64,000 bases of DNA from Mytilus trossulus (Eukaryota). Position 1 is the first letter of the stretch. Each line of letters opens with the position of its first letter. Shown piece after piece: positions 1 through 13,400 of the stretch. The stretch covers positions 9,052,001 through 9,116,000 of the forward strand of contig NC_086378.1 of the NCBI RefSeq assembly GCF_036588685.1, written 5' to 3'. A program made the translations under genes and the position numbers. The notes under the pieces were generated by a model. It was not told where the DNA came from. It saw nothing but the letters and a program-made list of their open reading frames with translations, and made no database searches.

Positions 1-719
1 CCATCTTGCTTATTCTTTAGTTTTCTATGTTGTGTCATGTGTTCTATTGCGTGTCTGTTTGTCTTCTTTAATTTTAGCCAGGCTTTGTCGGTTTATTTTC
101 GATTTATGAGATTGACTGTCCCTCTTTTACATAACTGTGCATAAAATTCACACATGTATTTATTATTAGTAATCGAAATAACAAATTTATGAACTTTGAG
201 GGAATAGTATTGAACCGTTGTTCAAATCTCACTATTTAGTAATATACAAGGTAACCATTTTTTAGAGAATCAAATGAACTCAACAAAAGATCAAGATCGA
301 GTGCGTAGACAGAGTCAAATTGTCATGATTAACATGCCAATTTACTCTCAGTTAAAATGGTTCTATTTACAATTGGACACAATCGAAAGCACAGTGCTAT
401 TAAAGCGGAAGGTTTGGCATGCAACAAAACCAGGTTCAACCCACCATTTTGTTCTTAAAATGTCCTATACCCAGTCAGGTAAATGGCCAATGTTATATTA
501 AAGTTCGTTTCTGTGTATGTTTCATTTTAATGTTGTGTTTCTGTTGAGTCGTAGTTCTCCTCTTATAGTTGATGCGTTTTCCTCTGTTTAAATTTGTAAC
601 CCAGATTTGTTTGTTTTTTTCTCAATCGATTTATGAATGACGAACAGCGGTATAATACTAATGCCTTTATCTGGCATCTGGGACAACAAAATCATGTAAC
701 TAGTGAAGGCATTGTATAG

Positions 720-870
720 TTCAAATAAATCGTAGTGGTGACCATAAAACAACTGTAATGTCGATTTCATCTTGTGTAAGGTGCACACCGTTTGTAAGAG
801 CATACGGTGAGCACATACACGAGCATGGCCTATCAATTAAGATTTGGTATCCCCAAACAGTACAATTTGT
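720..870 (-). mobile_element. Old Penelope-like RT fragment
   Basis: LIGHARVC...KMKSTLQLFYGHHYDL resembles the QLIRY.RAC...KLKSSLRKFYGRH motif seen in the other fragments. Confidence 0.4.
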
Positions 871-1131
871 ACCTAACATTTAATAGAAGGATAAGCAAAG
901 TAAAAAAATAAATAATCTTGAGTTAATTGTCTAGAAATGGAAACTTTCACAAAGTGTCTCTAAATTCTCTTTGATATTTTTTGTCCCGTCGGTAGTTTAT
1001 TTAGTTATTTAAGTCTTTACATTTCAAGGCTGGTTTGGTTTTTTTGGTTGAGGACTCGGTATTAACTACTCGGAAAAATTCTTTCGACGTCCCATGTCTT
1101 TACAGGTTTATTTTTATTTGCTTTTACTTAC

Positions 1132-4100
1132 AATAAAAGGTATATCCTATGCCAAGATAGAAAACCAGGTCCGTCGTGTTCCGAGTTACTCCCTGTATGA
1201 ATGCTTGCAAGGATGTCGTAGGTATTCATATCAGAACGAACTCCCTGAAATATTGAATAAAATAAACGGTTATTGATCTGCTTTATTTGACCTAAATACT
1301 CAATTTGCATTACTTAGCAGTGTTGAGTGTCCTGATATAACCCCTTGTAGAAATTAGCAAATCTTTAGCTACCAGTCTTGTATTACATCTCCCGTTTTCG
1401 GTGCATGTCAAAACACGGAGGGAAACAAGATATTGCATTTTTTTCGGAATTTTTTTCTGAACTCAATTTTTTCTGTTTGATTATAGGTTTGTGCTGAATT
1501 GAAACATATATATAGACTTTAAAAAAAATCTTGCATCTTTTGGGGATATCAATCCAAGAAGTGAAAGGATATCATGTTTACTGGAAGTGGTGCGGCCTAA
1601 AAAAAAATGTTTTGACTTCAGGATTGCGTAACATTTTTTTGTCGTGGCATGACCCCTTTTTTTCGATTAAATCACAATTTCACATTAGTACATACATGAT
1701 ATGAACATGAAAAGATCAGCTGTTTTGCATGTAAGCCTATGGAGCAGTCAATAACAAGACCGCAACCTTTACCAGTAAAATATTTTCTTCTTGCTGATGT
1801 TTAAATGGTGAATTGCTCGTCTCAAGGATGTACTTATGTAAGGTTTTGATAGTTTTATCAGATTTTTGGACTTCTTAGTTTTTTCCCGTATAATACAATG
1901 TAAAATATTGTGACCCATAACACCCATTTATCTTTTCATACAATACTTTTAAATAGCCCATAAACATTATAAAGGTCATATGCCTAAATTGAAGCAGATT
2001 CTTGATTTTTATTCTTTTGATTTGGGACCCTTATAATACAGAAGCAAATATACGGTAAAAGTCCGAGTCAGCCTTTTCCTGCCATATTTTCCATGAAAAT
2101 AAAATATCTCAAAAAGGAGATCCTTGACCTATCAGTATTTTTAGCTTATTTTGGTTCCTGAACTAATGCTCTTCCAACGTAATGTATCAATTTTAAATTA
2201 TTGATTCTTTGAATTTCACCTACGTACATCCTTAAGTTCAAGATAATTGACATTCGTCTACATTCATTAAATTTAACATTATATAATACAACTATTTGTG
2301 TTTGTGATATATAAAAGCTTAAGAGTATATTGCTATTTTTTGATTTTTTTTAATCGTTTATCATTATAAATGCAACATTTAATACACCTGTAAAATATTC
2401 AATGAACAAATATAATACAACACCCCCCCCCCCCTTTTAGTTTTTATTTCAGTTGACCTTCAGAAATATCATTTTATGAAAATGTGTTCTCTATTTTCTT
2501 TCATTCGTCTCACTTTCTAATTATAAGTAAAACAAAACCTCATACTAATTAATACAATTATATTTTCCTCTTCTTTTGTTCACTTTTTACTTTATTTTGA
2601 GATTAACACAAATTATCTTAATCTATCTTACAATAAAAACCATCCCAAAGTAACAATATCATCATATAGTAAAAGTGTATTTATTATGAGGACAATATCA
2701 TTATATAGTAAAAGTGTATTTATTATGAGGACAAAATAATAGATATTCAAAAACGTATTCGACTTTCGTTGCATTATCCTTTTGGTATCTTTCGCACCTC
2801 TTAAAAAAAAGACGAAACTGTAAACCTCTGTAAATGCATTTAAGTGCATTTACCGTATACATCATTTAAAATCTAAATGTAAGAGTACAAAAAGTTGTTG
2901 TACTTTAGAATTTTAAATAAAAATTTCATGAAACTATGGAGGATATTTATTCTTCCGCTATAAACAAATTATGGTCTTACTACAATAGTACTTACATAAT
3001 GGTACTTTAATCTCCGTACAGCCAGTGCGTAACGTAAGAAATTATTTTCGTATGGAGCTGCTCTGACTTCCCTCCTGATTGGTACACCACTAGCCTGCCT
3101 TTTGTGTCGAGAATTCGCCGTAGTATCAGCTTCACTGTTGATCTTTCTCCATAATGCCGATAAGAAATTTTTGGAACTTGTATCATTCAGCGTCTCTACT
3201 GCCGGTTGTAGGAATTGTTTGAAGCATATTATATCAATCCCCCTCTCAAAACAGTCTGTTTTGTAATAGGTGGCATTTGTTTGATTGTTCAAAGTATTTG
3301 CTTCTACATTTTGAAGAAAAGACGCTATGAGCAAAGACAGCAACAGACTGATCTGAAAAACAAAACCTATCAATGTTTAAAGATTTTTTGACGGTTTTCT
3401 GAAAAAATGTTACTACAATAAATTAATTAAGGTAGAAACTCATCTCTATGCAAGTTTTTTATTTGAAACAATTTTTATTTTAATAATCTTTTTTATCAAT
3501 TAACCTGTAGAAAAATCGATCAAGTACCAATAATGCACTGTCTAAAGTATACAAACTAGAATATGTGTTACTTATAGAAAGCCATACTTTTTAAATAAAA
3601 TAATATGTTTGGTATTTGTAAATTGTTTGGTATCTGACAATTGTTTGGTTTCTGTCAATCGGTTGGTATCTGTCAATTGTTTTGTTTCTGTCAATTGATT
3701 AACCATAAATGTTCAATTCAAATATCAATTTATTTTTTTATTATCATTTCATTACACGGATACTAATAGGTAATCATATTACAATGCATTTTGTATTGTA
3801 TAAAAGTTTCTTTTGTCTGAACAAAACCAATGAAATATATCTCATAATTTATAACATTGTTTTAAAGATCGTCAACTATATAGATATAAAAGTATAAATA
3901 GTAGAGGCCGATATTCCAGTAGACAACTTTCGAATTCGTGCACTTCCCCGTACATATTCTTTGTCACAATGCTCATGGTATTTCGTCACAGTAATCAGAA
4001 CCGATTGTTTAATGACGTCGATCAGAACAATTGACCGCATTCATTAAAAAATCAAATCGAGACCGTTGTTTAAGTCGGTGAATTTGAAAAGCGTTACTGT

Positions 4101-4398
4101 TTTATTTGTTTGTTTTGTTATGTTAGCCTCTGGTCGAAACTTGACTATTTTGTAAGGTTTGTAATTCAAGCCTCTGGTGGTAACTAATAGAAAAATAAAT
4201 GAAATTAACAAAAACTGCTTGCTTTACATAATTAATGTAAACACAATTGCTGGAAAAGTCAAACATAACTTTTGTAAGATGGATCTTATTGAATACCATA
4301 GTGCTCGATATGAACATATGCAGTAGCTTGTAATCGACTTTCAGGCAGTCAGTTAAGATATTTTAAAAAACACCTACCGAGGTTGTGTCGATATGCAT
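1132..4398 (-). CDS. Tyrosinase-like secreted protein, paralog 1 (3'-partial; CuB exon lies before position 1)
   Basis: Exons read manually: 4378-4398 (MHIDTTS|gtaggt), 2996-3352 (cag|ISLLLSLL...RHKR...RREVR...KYHY|gtaagt), 1132-1244 (GVRSDMNTYDILASIHTGSNSEHDGPGFLSWHRIYLL, CuA H-x6-H-x8-H). Intron phases 0,0,2 are identical to the other four paralogs. Confidence 0.9.
1826..2231. mobile_element. MITE with TTAA-like target site (Kolobok-like termini)
   Basis: tcaa|GGATGTAC ... GTACATCC|ttaa terminal inverted repeat. Confidence 0.6.
3605..3697. repeat. 18-bp minisatellite x~5
   Basis: (attgtttggtatctgtca)n. Confidence 0.8.
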
Positions 4399-5535
4399 CC
4401 TACAACCGATCCAAGTGCAAATCCTGAATGAATGACTTTTGAGAGTAAATGTTTTGTTGAACAAAGTACATAATTATGATTAAATCAACATTCAATATGT
4501 TAATCAAATGACGGATTGTTACATTTTGCAATCAATTTGGTTTTGATTTACAAGGTAAATGCCCTCTCGAATGCACAATTAGAAAAACCACATGCATTTG
4601 AGGAAACGAAATACTCGTTGTTGAAATTTCATATACGAGCATGAATTTGGTAAAACCATGATACTACTTTTTAGTTTTTTTTATCGTTTCCCCTTTTATA
4701 CATATTGAACTTGCGATGAAACAAAAGAGTACACACAATTCCTCACAAATTTATCTTTTTGATAACTTGCTGAACTAATATGATACCTAAAAAAAACCAA
4801 GAAAAAACCAATAATCTTTAAATAACAAATACTAACCATGTGTTTTCTATTAGGTACTTGTAGGATGAGGAATAAAGCAGATATAATTATTGTTGTTTAA
4901 ATTTATTACTCTTTTTATAATGATAAAAATATAACAGGTATAAATGATGATGATGATGAAGATGATGATGATAGTTCACCTATTGCATGAAAAGACATTG
5001 AGGTGCTGAGCTCGATTCCCGTTCAATTCCGATATTAACTGATAAGATAACCGAGAATGCGGATTCTCTCTGTGTACTCTGATGTCCTCCACAAACAAAA
5101 ACCGGGCGACTCTATATAGTCACGAGCGCTGGAAAAGAAATAAAGTGATATGGAGTTTAGAATTGTAATGTACCCATTAATATTAGTTTTTTTTGGTACA
5201 ACATGTGGTTTTTTTGTTGTTTTTTGTTTGTTTTTTTTTGGGGGGGGGGGGGGGGGGGTAATTATCAATGCTTCGAACAGGTTAAATCATTTACGACTGA
5301 CTTGGGTATCACCAGCCCAGTAGTCCACACTTCGGTGTTGACATGAATATCAATAATGTGGTAATTTTTTGATAAAATTCCTGTTAACAAAAGTTTAACT
5401 TTTTCGAAAAACTAAGGATTTTCTTTTTCCAGGCATAGATTTCCTTAGCCGTATTGGGCACACCTTTTTGGAATTGTGGATCCTCAATGCTTTTCAACTT
5501 TGTTATTGTTTGGCTCTATAAATATTTTGATATGA

Positions 5536-5579
5536 GCGTCACTGATGAGTCTTATGTAAACGAAACGCGCGTCTGACGT
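5536..5579 (+). ncRNA. Type I hammerhead ribozyme (core intact, one stem II mismatch)
   Basis: GCGUCA CUGAUGA GUCU uaugu AAAC GAAA CGCGCG UC^ UGACGU; stem I GCGUCA/UGACGU; palindromic stem III ACGCGCGU; predicted cut after 5573. Confidence 0.85.
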
Positions 5580-5836
5580 ACTAAATTATAATCCTGGTTC
5601 CTTTGGGTATCACCAGCCCAGTAGTCAACACTTCGGTGTTGACATGAATATCAATAATGTGGTAATTTTTTGATAAAATTCCTGTTAACAAAAGTTTAAC
5701 TTTTTCGAAAAACTAAGGATTTTCTTTTTCCAGGCATAGATTTCCTTAGCCGTATTGGGCACAACTTTTTGGAATTTTGGATCCTCAATGCTCTTCAACT
5801 TTGTTATTATTTGGCTCTATAAATATTTTGATATGA

Positions 5837-5880
5837 GCGTCACTGATAAGTCTTATGTAGACGAAACGCGCGTCTGGCGT
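5837..5880 (+). ncRNA. Type I hammerhead ribozyme, G8A core variant (probably inactive)
   Basis: GCGUCA CUGAUAA GUCU uaugu AGAC GAAA CGCGCG UC UGGCGU; stems fully paired, core CUGAUGA changed to CUGAUAA. Confidence 0.75.
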
Positions 5881-8278
5881 ACTAAATTATAATCCTGGTT
5901 CCTTTGATAACTATTGTATTGTTTGTTCTTATGGTGTGCAGGTTTTGGAAAGTCTTGAACACTCACAAGCATGTTTAGCCCCGTGATATTCTATATATAC
6001 CAGTCCCAATTAAAATTATTTGTTTTACACTTGAATGTACATTTATTGCACTAAACCTGTTATAATATAATTATATGGATTTTCTTGTTTACATTTACCT
6101 AGAAGTTCAGTGTTTTTATAATTGTATGTTCTTACTAAGAAACCACATTGAAGGAAGATAAAGCATTTCAAGAACTTGAAGCAAGACTTACATTCCCTAG
6201 TAGTTGTATTTAAACTAAAACAATCTTTATTTAACTCTATTGGGGTTTAAACAATTAAAAGCAGATATGAACAAACTGTAGAATCCATGATAAAGACATC
6301 AGAAGTTAACAAAAAAACTCAAAATTTGACAAACAGATGATACAATTATGTCCTCCTTTCATCCAATAAGACAACACCGGATAAGACTTATCTGCGAGTT
6401 GTCATTACATGAACAACAAGACGGTAGTCAATATATGTTTTACTTTAGGGAATCTAAGAAAACTGTTGATTTTGGTAGGGTTTGTGATGCTCACGAATTT
6501 TAAGCTTTCCGTATCAAATTTGGTAAACTGCTTTTTTTGTAAGCTTGTCTTCAACTTTTGCAATCTTAAACGTCTCATTTCAGAAGCCTTGATTTTATTT
6601 CAAGCGAAGCTGACCATAAAAGAATTTGACAATTTCGTCGTTTTGTAATAATGCAGCTCGTAACGTTATTAAGTATTTGATAATCCCTGGCTTTCGATGA
6701 TTAGATATGAGTTTTCTTGAATAAGTATAGTCTAGAAAATCTCATCCGACTAACACAGTTAATCCAGTGTATATTTATCTATTCCCTTCCGCTCTTTTAA
6801 AATGCGGTTTGAAATCTTCCAACAGCTTCTTTCCTTCCACTCTTTGACTTTTAGATAATTAAAACTTGTATGTTTTTATCAATACGTTGTTTAACTGAAT
6901 CTGAAGTTGCGGTTTCAGTGTAAACGATTCACGAGGTAAAAAGTTGTAACAAATATTTCAAAAAATCAAATTTTAATCAGTGGTTCATAAAGTTTCAAAA
7001 CATATCACGTTTAACCAATTACAAAAAAAAAACCAGGAGAGATGTTTTCCGTGTTAAAACATAACAAAAGTTAAGTGTGATTGACGAGTTTCTAAAATTA
7101 ATATTTTGCAGAAATACAATTTTACAACTTTATTGTTCTATTCCTAGTTTTTACTGACTCATCATTTGACAAGATCGACATGTATACTTCAGCTGTCAAT
7201 ATGTCATTAAAATAAAATAAATATTCGTTTATGATGAGGATCATTTTTTACCCAATATCCTTATGTTTGAAAAAAAAAACAATTATTTGTCAAAAGTGTA
7301 AAGACAAATAGTTGGATTTTGTTTAACAGTCAATTGACGTGAACCAAGTGTTGAACACCGTACTTTGATATATAATTTGTTTACTTTTACAAATTTTGAC
7401 TTGGATGGACATGTGTGTCGTTTGCACCCATTCCACGTCTTCTTGTATCTATATACCTTCATTTTTGGTTCTAATCGCATGATATGCTTGAAAATAAAAA
7501 CAAAAGCGATGTTAACAAGGTTGTGTGTTTCAACTGCTCTTGATTTATTTTGACAATACGGTGCAGTAAATAAAAAATCAAACGAAAAGGTCGGTACCTG
7601 AAAAGGTCAATTGTTAACTGTTAGTGGCGGGCCTTTAGCAGAACAAATCACAGAATTCATACGAAATAGAATAAGATCAAGATTTTTTTTTTTTAAATAA
7701 AAAAATCAATATTAAAATCAACTCTGTACTATCCTTATCATACTGATAAACAAACATTTTAAATACAAGCCTCTGCAATGCATAAAAATTAATACATTTT
7801 CAAAAATGAATTCATAAAAATGAACAATGAAATAACACTTTGTAAATTGTTTGCGTATTCAATTATCTACCTTTACCACACAGAATAAAACTTCAAATAT
7901 TTTTTTATATTTTTTTATAATACTGAGGTACTTGTTTATGACTTTGTAAAGTAATTAACGGTCAGATTGTACCATATGTGTATTTTTACAATTTATGTCT
8001 CTCCAGTGATGCTCGGAGGGGCACAGATAAAGCATATAAACATAATAGAATTACCTCGTTTTTGGATTGTGCGAAAAACCTTTGAATACAATTAAATTAT
8101 CCTGTCGGTGTTTTTCATGACTTGTTTTCTGAATAGTATCGGTATGGTGAGTTGAGTTATTTTCAATAGTTTCGTAAACAGTTTGTTCATACTACTTTTC
8201 CATTTAAGAGGAATGGTTTGGTACTTATAAAAAATAAAAAAAACGCCTCATTCTGAATATATATAAATAATTTTTAAA

Positions 8279-8930
8279 AAAAATGTGGTATGATTGCTAA
8301 TGAAACAACTCTCCACAATATAACAAATGACACAGAAATTAACAAATATTGGTCACCATACAGTCTTCAACAATGAGCAAAGCATATACCACATAGTCAG
8401 CTATAAAAGGCCCCGAATTGTCAAAGGTTAAACAATTCAAACAAGAAAACTAACGGCCTAGTTTATGTACAAAAAATGAAAAAAAACAAATATGTTACAC
8501 TTCAAAAAACCACAACAACTGCGTTACAGGCTTCTAAATTGGACCAGGCAAATACATTTAGAATGTGGCAGGTTTGAATATGTTAGCGAGATACCAACCC
8601 TCCCCTCACATGGTATAGTAGTGTAACAGTGCAATAATAAAAGAACGAACTATAAAAATCAGTTGAAAAAGTCTTAACTCGTCATAGCCTGAATCAGTGA
8701 TTGTGGTGTGTTGCTGTATTGTCTCTTATCGTATTTTTGTATGTAATTTTGCTAAAAAAAAACAAGCCGTAAGTTTTCTCGTTTGAATTGTTTTACTTTT
8801 GTCATTCCGGAGCCTTTTCCAGCTGACTATGTGGTAAGTTTTGTGTTCATTGTTCACTTCATACGTAGACAAATAGTTGTTATCAAATATCATATTTGGT
8901 CACTGGTAGAGATGTGTCTCAATAGCATTC
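8279..8930. repeat. Interspersed repeat family D (direct and inverted pieces)
   Basis: atgtggtatgattgctaatgaaacaactctcc...aaacaattcaaacaagaaaactaacggcc and its reverse complement at ~8765-8930. Confidence 0.7.
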
Positions 8931-9787
8931 ATATCGTAATAATTTTTTAATCTTGATCGTCCTTTTAGTTTGGTTCTCCATTGTGACTTTTCAACTCTCT
9001 AAAACACCATTTCAATCTTATCAAACGAAAGTATTCTTCTACTATGAAATCTGCGATGAAATAGTTAAAGCATGTATTTTCCCCTGAACAACGTCCGTTT
9101 CTGAAATAAACTTTTTGACAATTTTTCAGGTATTCTTATGGACACTAAATGTTTGCTTTTACAGCAGACATCTTCGTGTTTGTTTTGCTGTAGATTTGAA
9201 ATAATAAACAGTATATGACATCATTATTTTTAAGGTAATCCTATTTGTAAAGATTGTAAATTTAAAATCGACACATGTAAACTCGCAACCATTCTTAAAC
9301 TTATTTTTACTGTAAACCAATATAACACCGTGGTTAATTCTATCAATAAAGATTGAACAATGACAAACATTGTTTTTGTTTTGATAAACTACAACATAAC
9401 TAAACATTTACTTATATTCAGCTATGGAAAGTTATGGTCTTAAACCTGTCGAAATTTCGTACTAATGTTTTAACCTTGCACTAGGTCTGAATTCCGATGG
9501 GTGTGTACTGAATAATAAGTTAATATGAAAAGAACAAGGTTTTTATGAAGTTATTTGGATCAAATACTCACGTCATATTCTTTGACTTAACGGTATGGGC
9601 TCTAAATTTAACTTTCAGTGCCTATCATGTTTAAGTAAACTATACAGTTTGCTGTGATACCACTGTCCCAGATCAGAGACGGATTGAGCATACACACAAA
9701 TTTAAAATCCGTTCACATTATATCTTTGCCATTCTCAAATCAAGGGCAGTTCACTGGTTGTTGTAGGTTACTCTCTGTCTTTTTTTT

Positions 9788-10301
9788 TTATTTATTGGGT
9801 TTGTATAAAATTACGCTGTTGGTTTCATTTTAAGACTTTAAAGCTGATAACGTGGTTTGGGCTTTGGCAATTGAACCACATCATCTTCTTGTGCGTGTAT
9901 TTTCATACACGTCCATATTATTTTGAGGAGGTGCTGTAATTACAGCAAAAGAAGTTTCACAATATCTCAACGGTTACAACCAAACATGTTTTGATTTCTG
10001 TTTTTTTTTGTGTAGCTATCATTGATCATAGCACAACCTAGGGTTTATTTATTGGGTTTGTATAAAATTACGCTGTTGGTTTCATTTTAAGACTTTAAAG
10101 CTGATAACGTGGTTTGGGCTTTGGCAATTGAACCACATCATCTTCTTGTGCGTGTATTTTCATACACGTCCATATTATTTTGAGGAGGTGCTGTAATTAC
10201 AGCAAAAGAAGTTTCACAATATCTCAACGGTTACAACCAAACATGTTTTGATTTCTGTTTTTTTTTGTGTAGCTATCATTGATCATAGCACAACCTAGGG
10301 T
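9788..10301. repeat. Perfect 257-bp tandem duplication
   Basis: 9788-10044 equals 10045-10301; no differences seen on manual comparison. Confidence 0.92.
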
Positions 10302-10496
10302 AGATTGAAATGTAGGCCACTTTTTCTGAATCAGAGAGCTAATTTAATTGGACTAGAACCGTTTACTTTGTATCTTCTAAGTGCTCATGCTACCTTTATA
10401 ACTATAGGTATATAAAATAACAAAAACACAATTAATTGGATACAAGCATGTGCGGATATTTCACATGCTGTTTAATGTACTTTTACAGCAATTATA

Positions 10497-13400
10497 TTAT
10501 GCACTAAAAACAGATACAGGACGAGTGTTCGGATCGATTTGAATTGCCGTAAACAAATTAAGAGGAGAGCCAGCCGGAATATCTTGTAATATTTCATTCC
10601 TGATATCTTGTAACGCTGTCACTGTTGTTGTCACATCTGCCATTCCAGACGCAATATCAATCGGAGCAACAGCTGCATCTGAAGCAAAGAAAGCAACATT
10701 GCCACCTGCACTTGGTGCACCTGATACTTCAGACGTTGCCTCTGTAGAAATACATATATCTCTATTTTGGTCACAGAATAAGTCTGGACTATTCGAACAC
10801 TGATTTTGACACGACGGGGCAGGTGCATATCGTCGCAGACGGGCATATATGTTACTGTAGCCTTCTCTATTTGTTATCGGAGGGTTTGGTTGGTATCTGT
10901 AATTGCTAAATCGCATTTGATCATCTGGTGGATGCAACGGAAAACCTAATGGATAATCTGCAGGAGCATTTGGAATACGTCTTCTAAACAACTCCCAGAC
11001 ATAGTCAACAAATGCATGATGGCACCAGAATATTGGATCAAATGCAGCACTAACCCCCGCTTCCATGTCTCCGCCTACCCAGACATGTACACTAGCGTGA
11101 TAACATTCCCAGCAATATCTACTTTGATCTTGTCGTACAATCTGACTATGACTTGTTCTTGATAGCACAGCCGCAATTGCGTTTTTAGAAATCAAACCTC
11201 CCGGACTATTAATTGCACGCCTTATTCTTCGCCCAGGTAAGTTTGCAAAAAAGCCTTCTGTAACTCGACCAAATGGTGTCCCAAAATATCTGTTTGAAAA
11301 TAAAACTGTTCTTGCCTGTCTATTTCCCATGGCCTGATCTAATGAAGAGTCCCAATATGGAGTAGTCACACCTGGTCCAAAAACAGCCTGCAGTGCAGCT
11401 TCATATCTGAAAAATATGAGAATAGTTCAAAATATTATATAGATATAAGAAGAAAAGTTATGAGTGTCACTAACCAAACACTTTATCCAAGTCACAATTT
11501 ATGTTAACAACTATAGGTCAAAGTGCGGTCTTCAACTCGAAGCCATGGCTCACACTCAACAACAAGCTATAAAGAGCCTGAAAAATTCAAACGGGAAAAC
11601 AAACGGTCTGATCTATATATAAAACGACGAGCCACATCAACAAACGACAACTTTGAACATCAGAAACCTATTTGTAAAAGAAAAACAAGGCATTCTTTCA
11701 CAAATCACGTAATCAGAATAAAAAAATAGAATAACACAATAAAATGCCATAAGTCTTTTTTTGAAATTCGGAGATTTTTTTCATAATCATTGCAATTTTA
11801 TTACTTATAAGATATTACTGGTCTGTTTATTTATCGACAGAAAAGATATTTGCAATTACGTGTATGTCGATTCCCCTGTTATTCTAACATTCTGATATCG
11901 TTTGTGGCATATAAAGGGCTGATATAACATTCTTGTTAATTTTAATGATACACTTTAATGCTTTCAAATCTACATTGATCTACAACCCTAAGTTATATTT
12001 GGAGTAAATAGTGAAACAATGTTTTTTTTTTACAGCAATACATTATTAACAAGTATAGGTTTATACAATAACTACTTGAACTTACAACAACAAATAAATT
12101 CTGTGCCATGAGAGGAAAGCTGAACCTCGATGTTCTCGATTTCCACCTGTGTGAATTGTTGCAATGATGTCATATGTATTCATATCCGGACGAACTCCCT
12201 AAAATATCAAAACATACTATAATGTATATGCTTCCATCAAACTTAAGAGAGAGTCTCGTTTTTAATTATAATTTTCAACTTTTTTAAGTATGGGTATAGT
12301 TTACTCATTTTGCTTGCATTCAAAGTCCTAACGTTCCATATATTGTTTATTCATACACAAGAATCAAAAGACATGTGGATTAATTTTTTGATTGATTGAT
12401 TGATCGGTCGTTATTTGCTAGCGTAACGCAGTGTAGCAAATAGTTCATGTATAAATATGCAAATAAGCGCTCAATATTATATGAAAGTTAAATAGTGGAA
12501 GCCAAACGAAATTCCTGAAATGGATTAATGGTTCGATCAAATTAAAGAAAATTTATTCCAGCTAAGTTGTAGAAAAATAAAGACAATAGTGTTTTATTCA
12601 AGTCATAAATTTGTGTGCTATTGTTTTTAATTAGTTACGTTTTTAGGAAATATTTTTTTAACAGTTCGTATTTTAAATTTAATAAAACCATTAGCACTTA
12701 ATCATAACGAGCTTTGTGCTTATTTGAACAGCGGTATACTACTGTGCCCTTTTTAGATTATGTTACTACATTTACCGAAGATGAGACCTTTAGTTTTGCT
12801 GTTTAGTTTTTACGTCACGTGTTATTTTTCAATGTTTTCTATTATTTCTAATGATCTTTATTTGGCACTTTTTAAACCACTTTTTGGACAACCTATATTT
12901 TAATACTTATGGAAGAAAAATGTTGGTGATTGTATTATTTATTGTTATTGTATGAGCATTTTTATTTGAACTTTCAAACAACTAATATGTATTTACACTT
13001 TGTTTCTTAATACAAAACCTAGTCTTTATCTTATTGAAACAATACTTACAAAATGGTTTTTCAACCTCTGTACAGCTTGTGCATAACGTAAAAAGTTGGT
13101 TTCGTATGGAGCTGCTCTCACTTCCTGTCTGACTGGTACCCCAGTCGCCTGCCTCTTATGTCGGGATTTACTAGCTTCATTCGCCTCACTGCTAATTTTT
13201 CGCCATAAAGCCGTTAGGAAATTGGAGGAACTTGTATCGTTAAGTGTGTCAGCAGCTGGTTTTAGAAATTTATTGAAGCATATTATATTGATCCCTCTTT
13301 CGAAACAGTCGGTTTTGTTATCTGTTGAATTAATTTTATATTGTATAAACTCTGCCTCAATGCCTGGGAGGATAATCGCCAGTAACATAAATAATGAAGG

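Larger units (their letters stand above)
5302..5913 (+). mobile_element. Retrozyme (hammerhead-bearing non-autonomous retroelement), subfamily A, head-to-tail dimer of 301-bp units
   Basis: Units 5302-5602 and 5603-5913, each with a GCGTCA-CTGAT(G/A)A-GTCT..A(G/A)AC-GAAA-CGCGCG-TC-TGRCGT hammerhead fold. Confidence 0.85.

Noticed and set aside
10631-10846. Alternative-frame ORFs MPVxDDMH.. (also 18898-19098)
   Set aside because: Shifted frames inside exon 4 with no independent support; not conserved as open frames in all paralogs.
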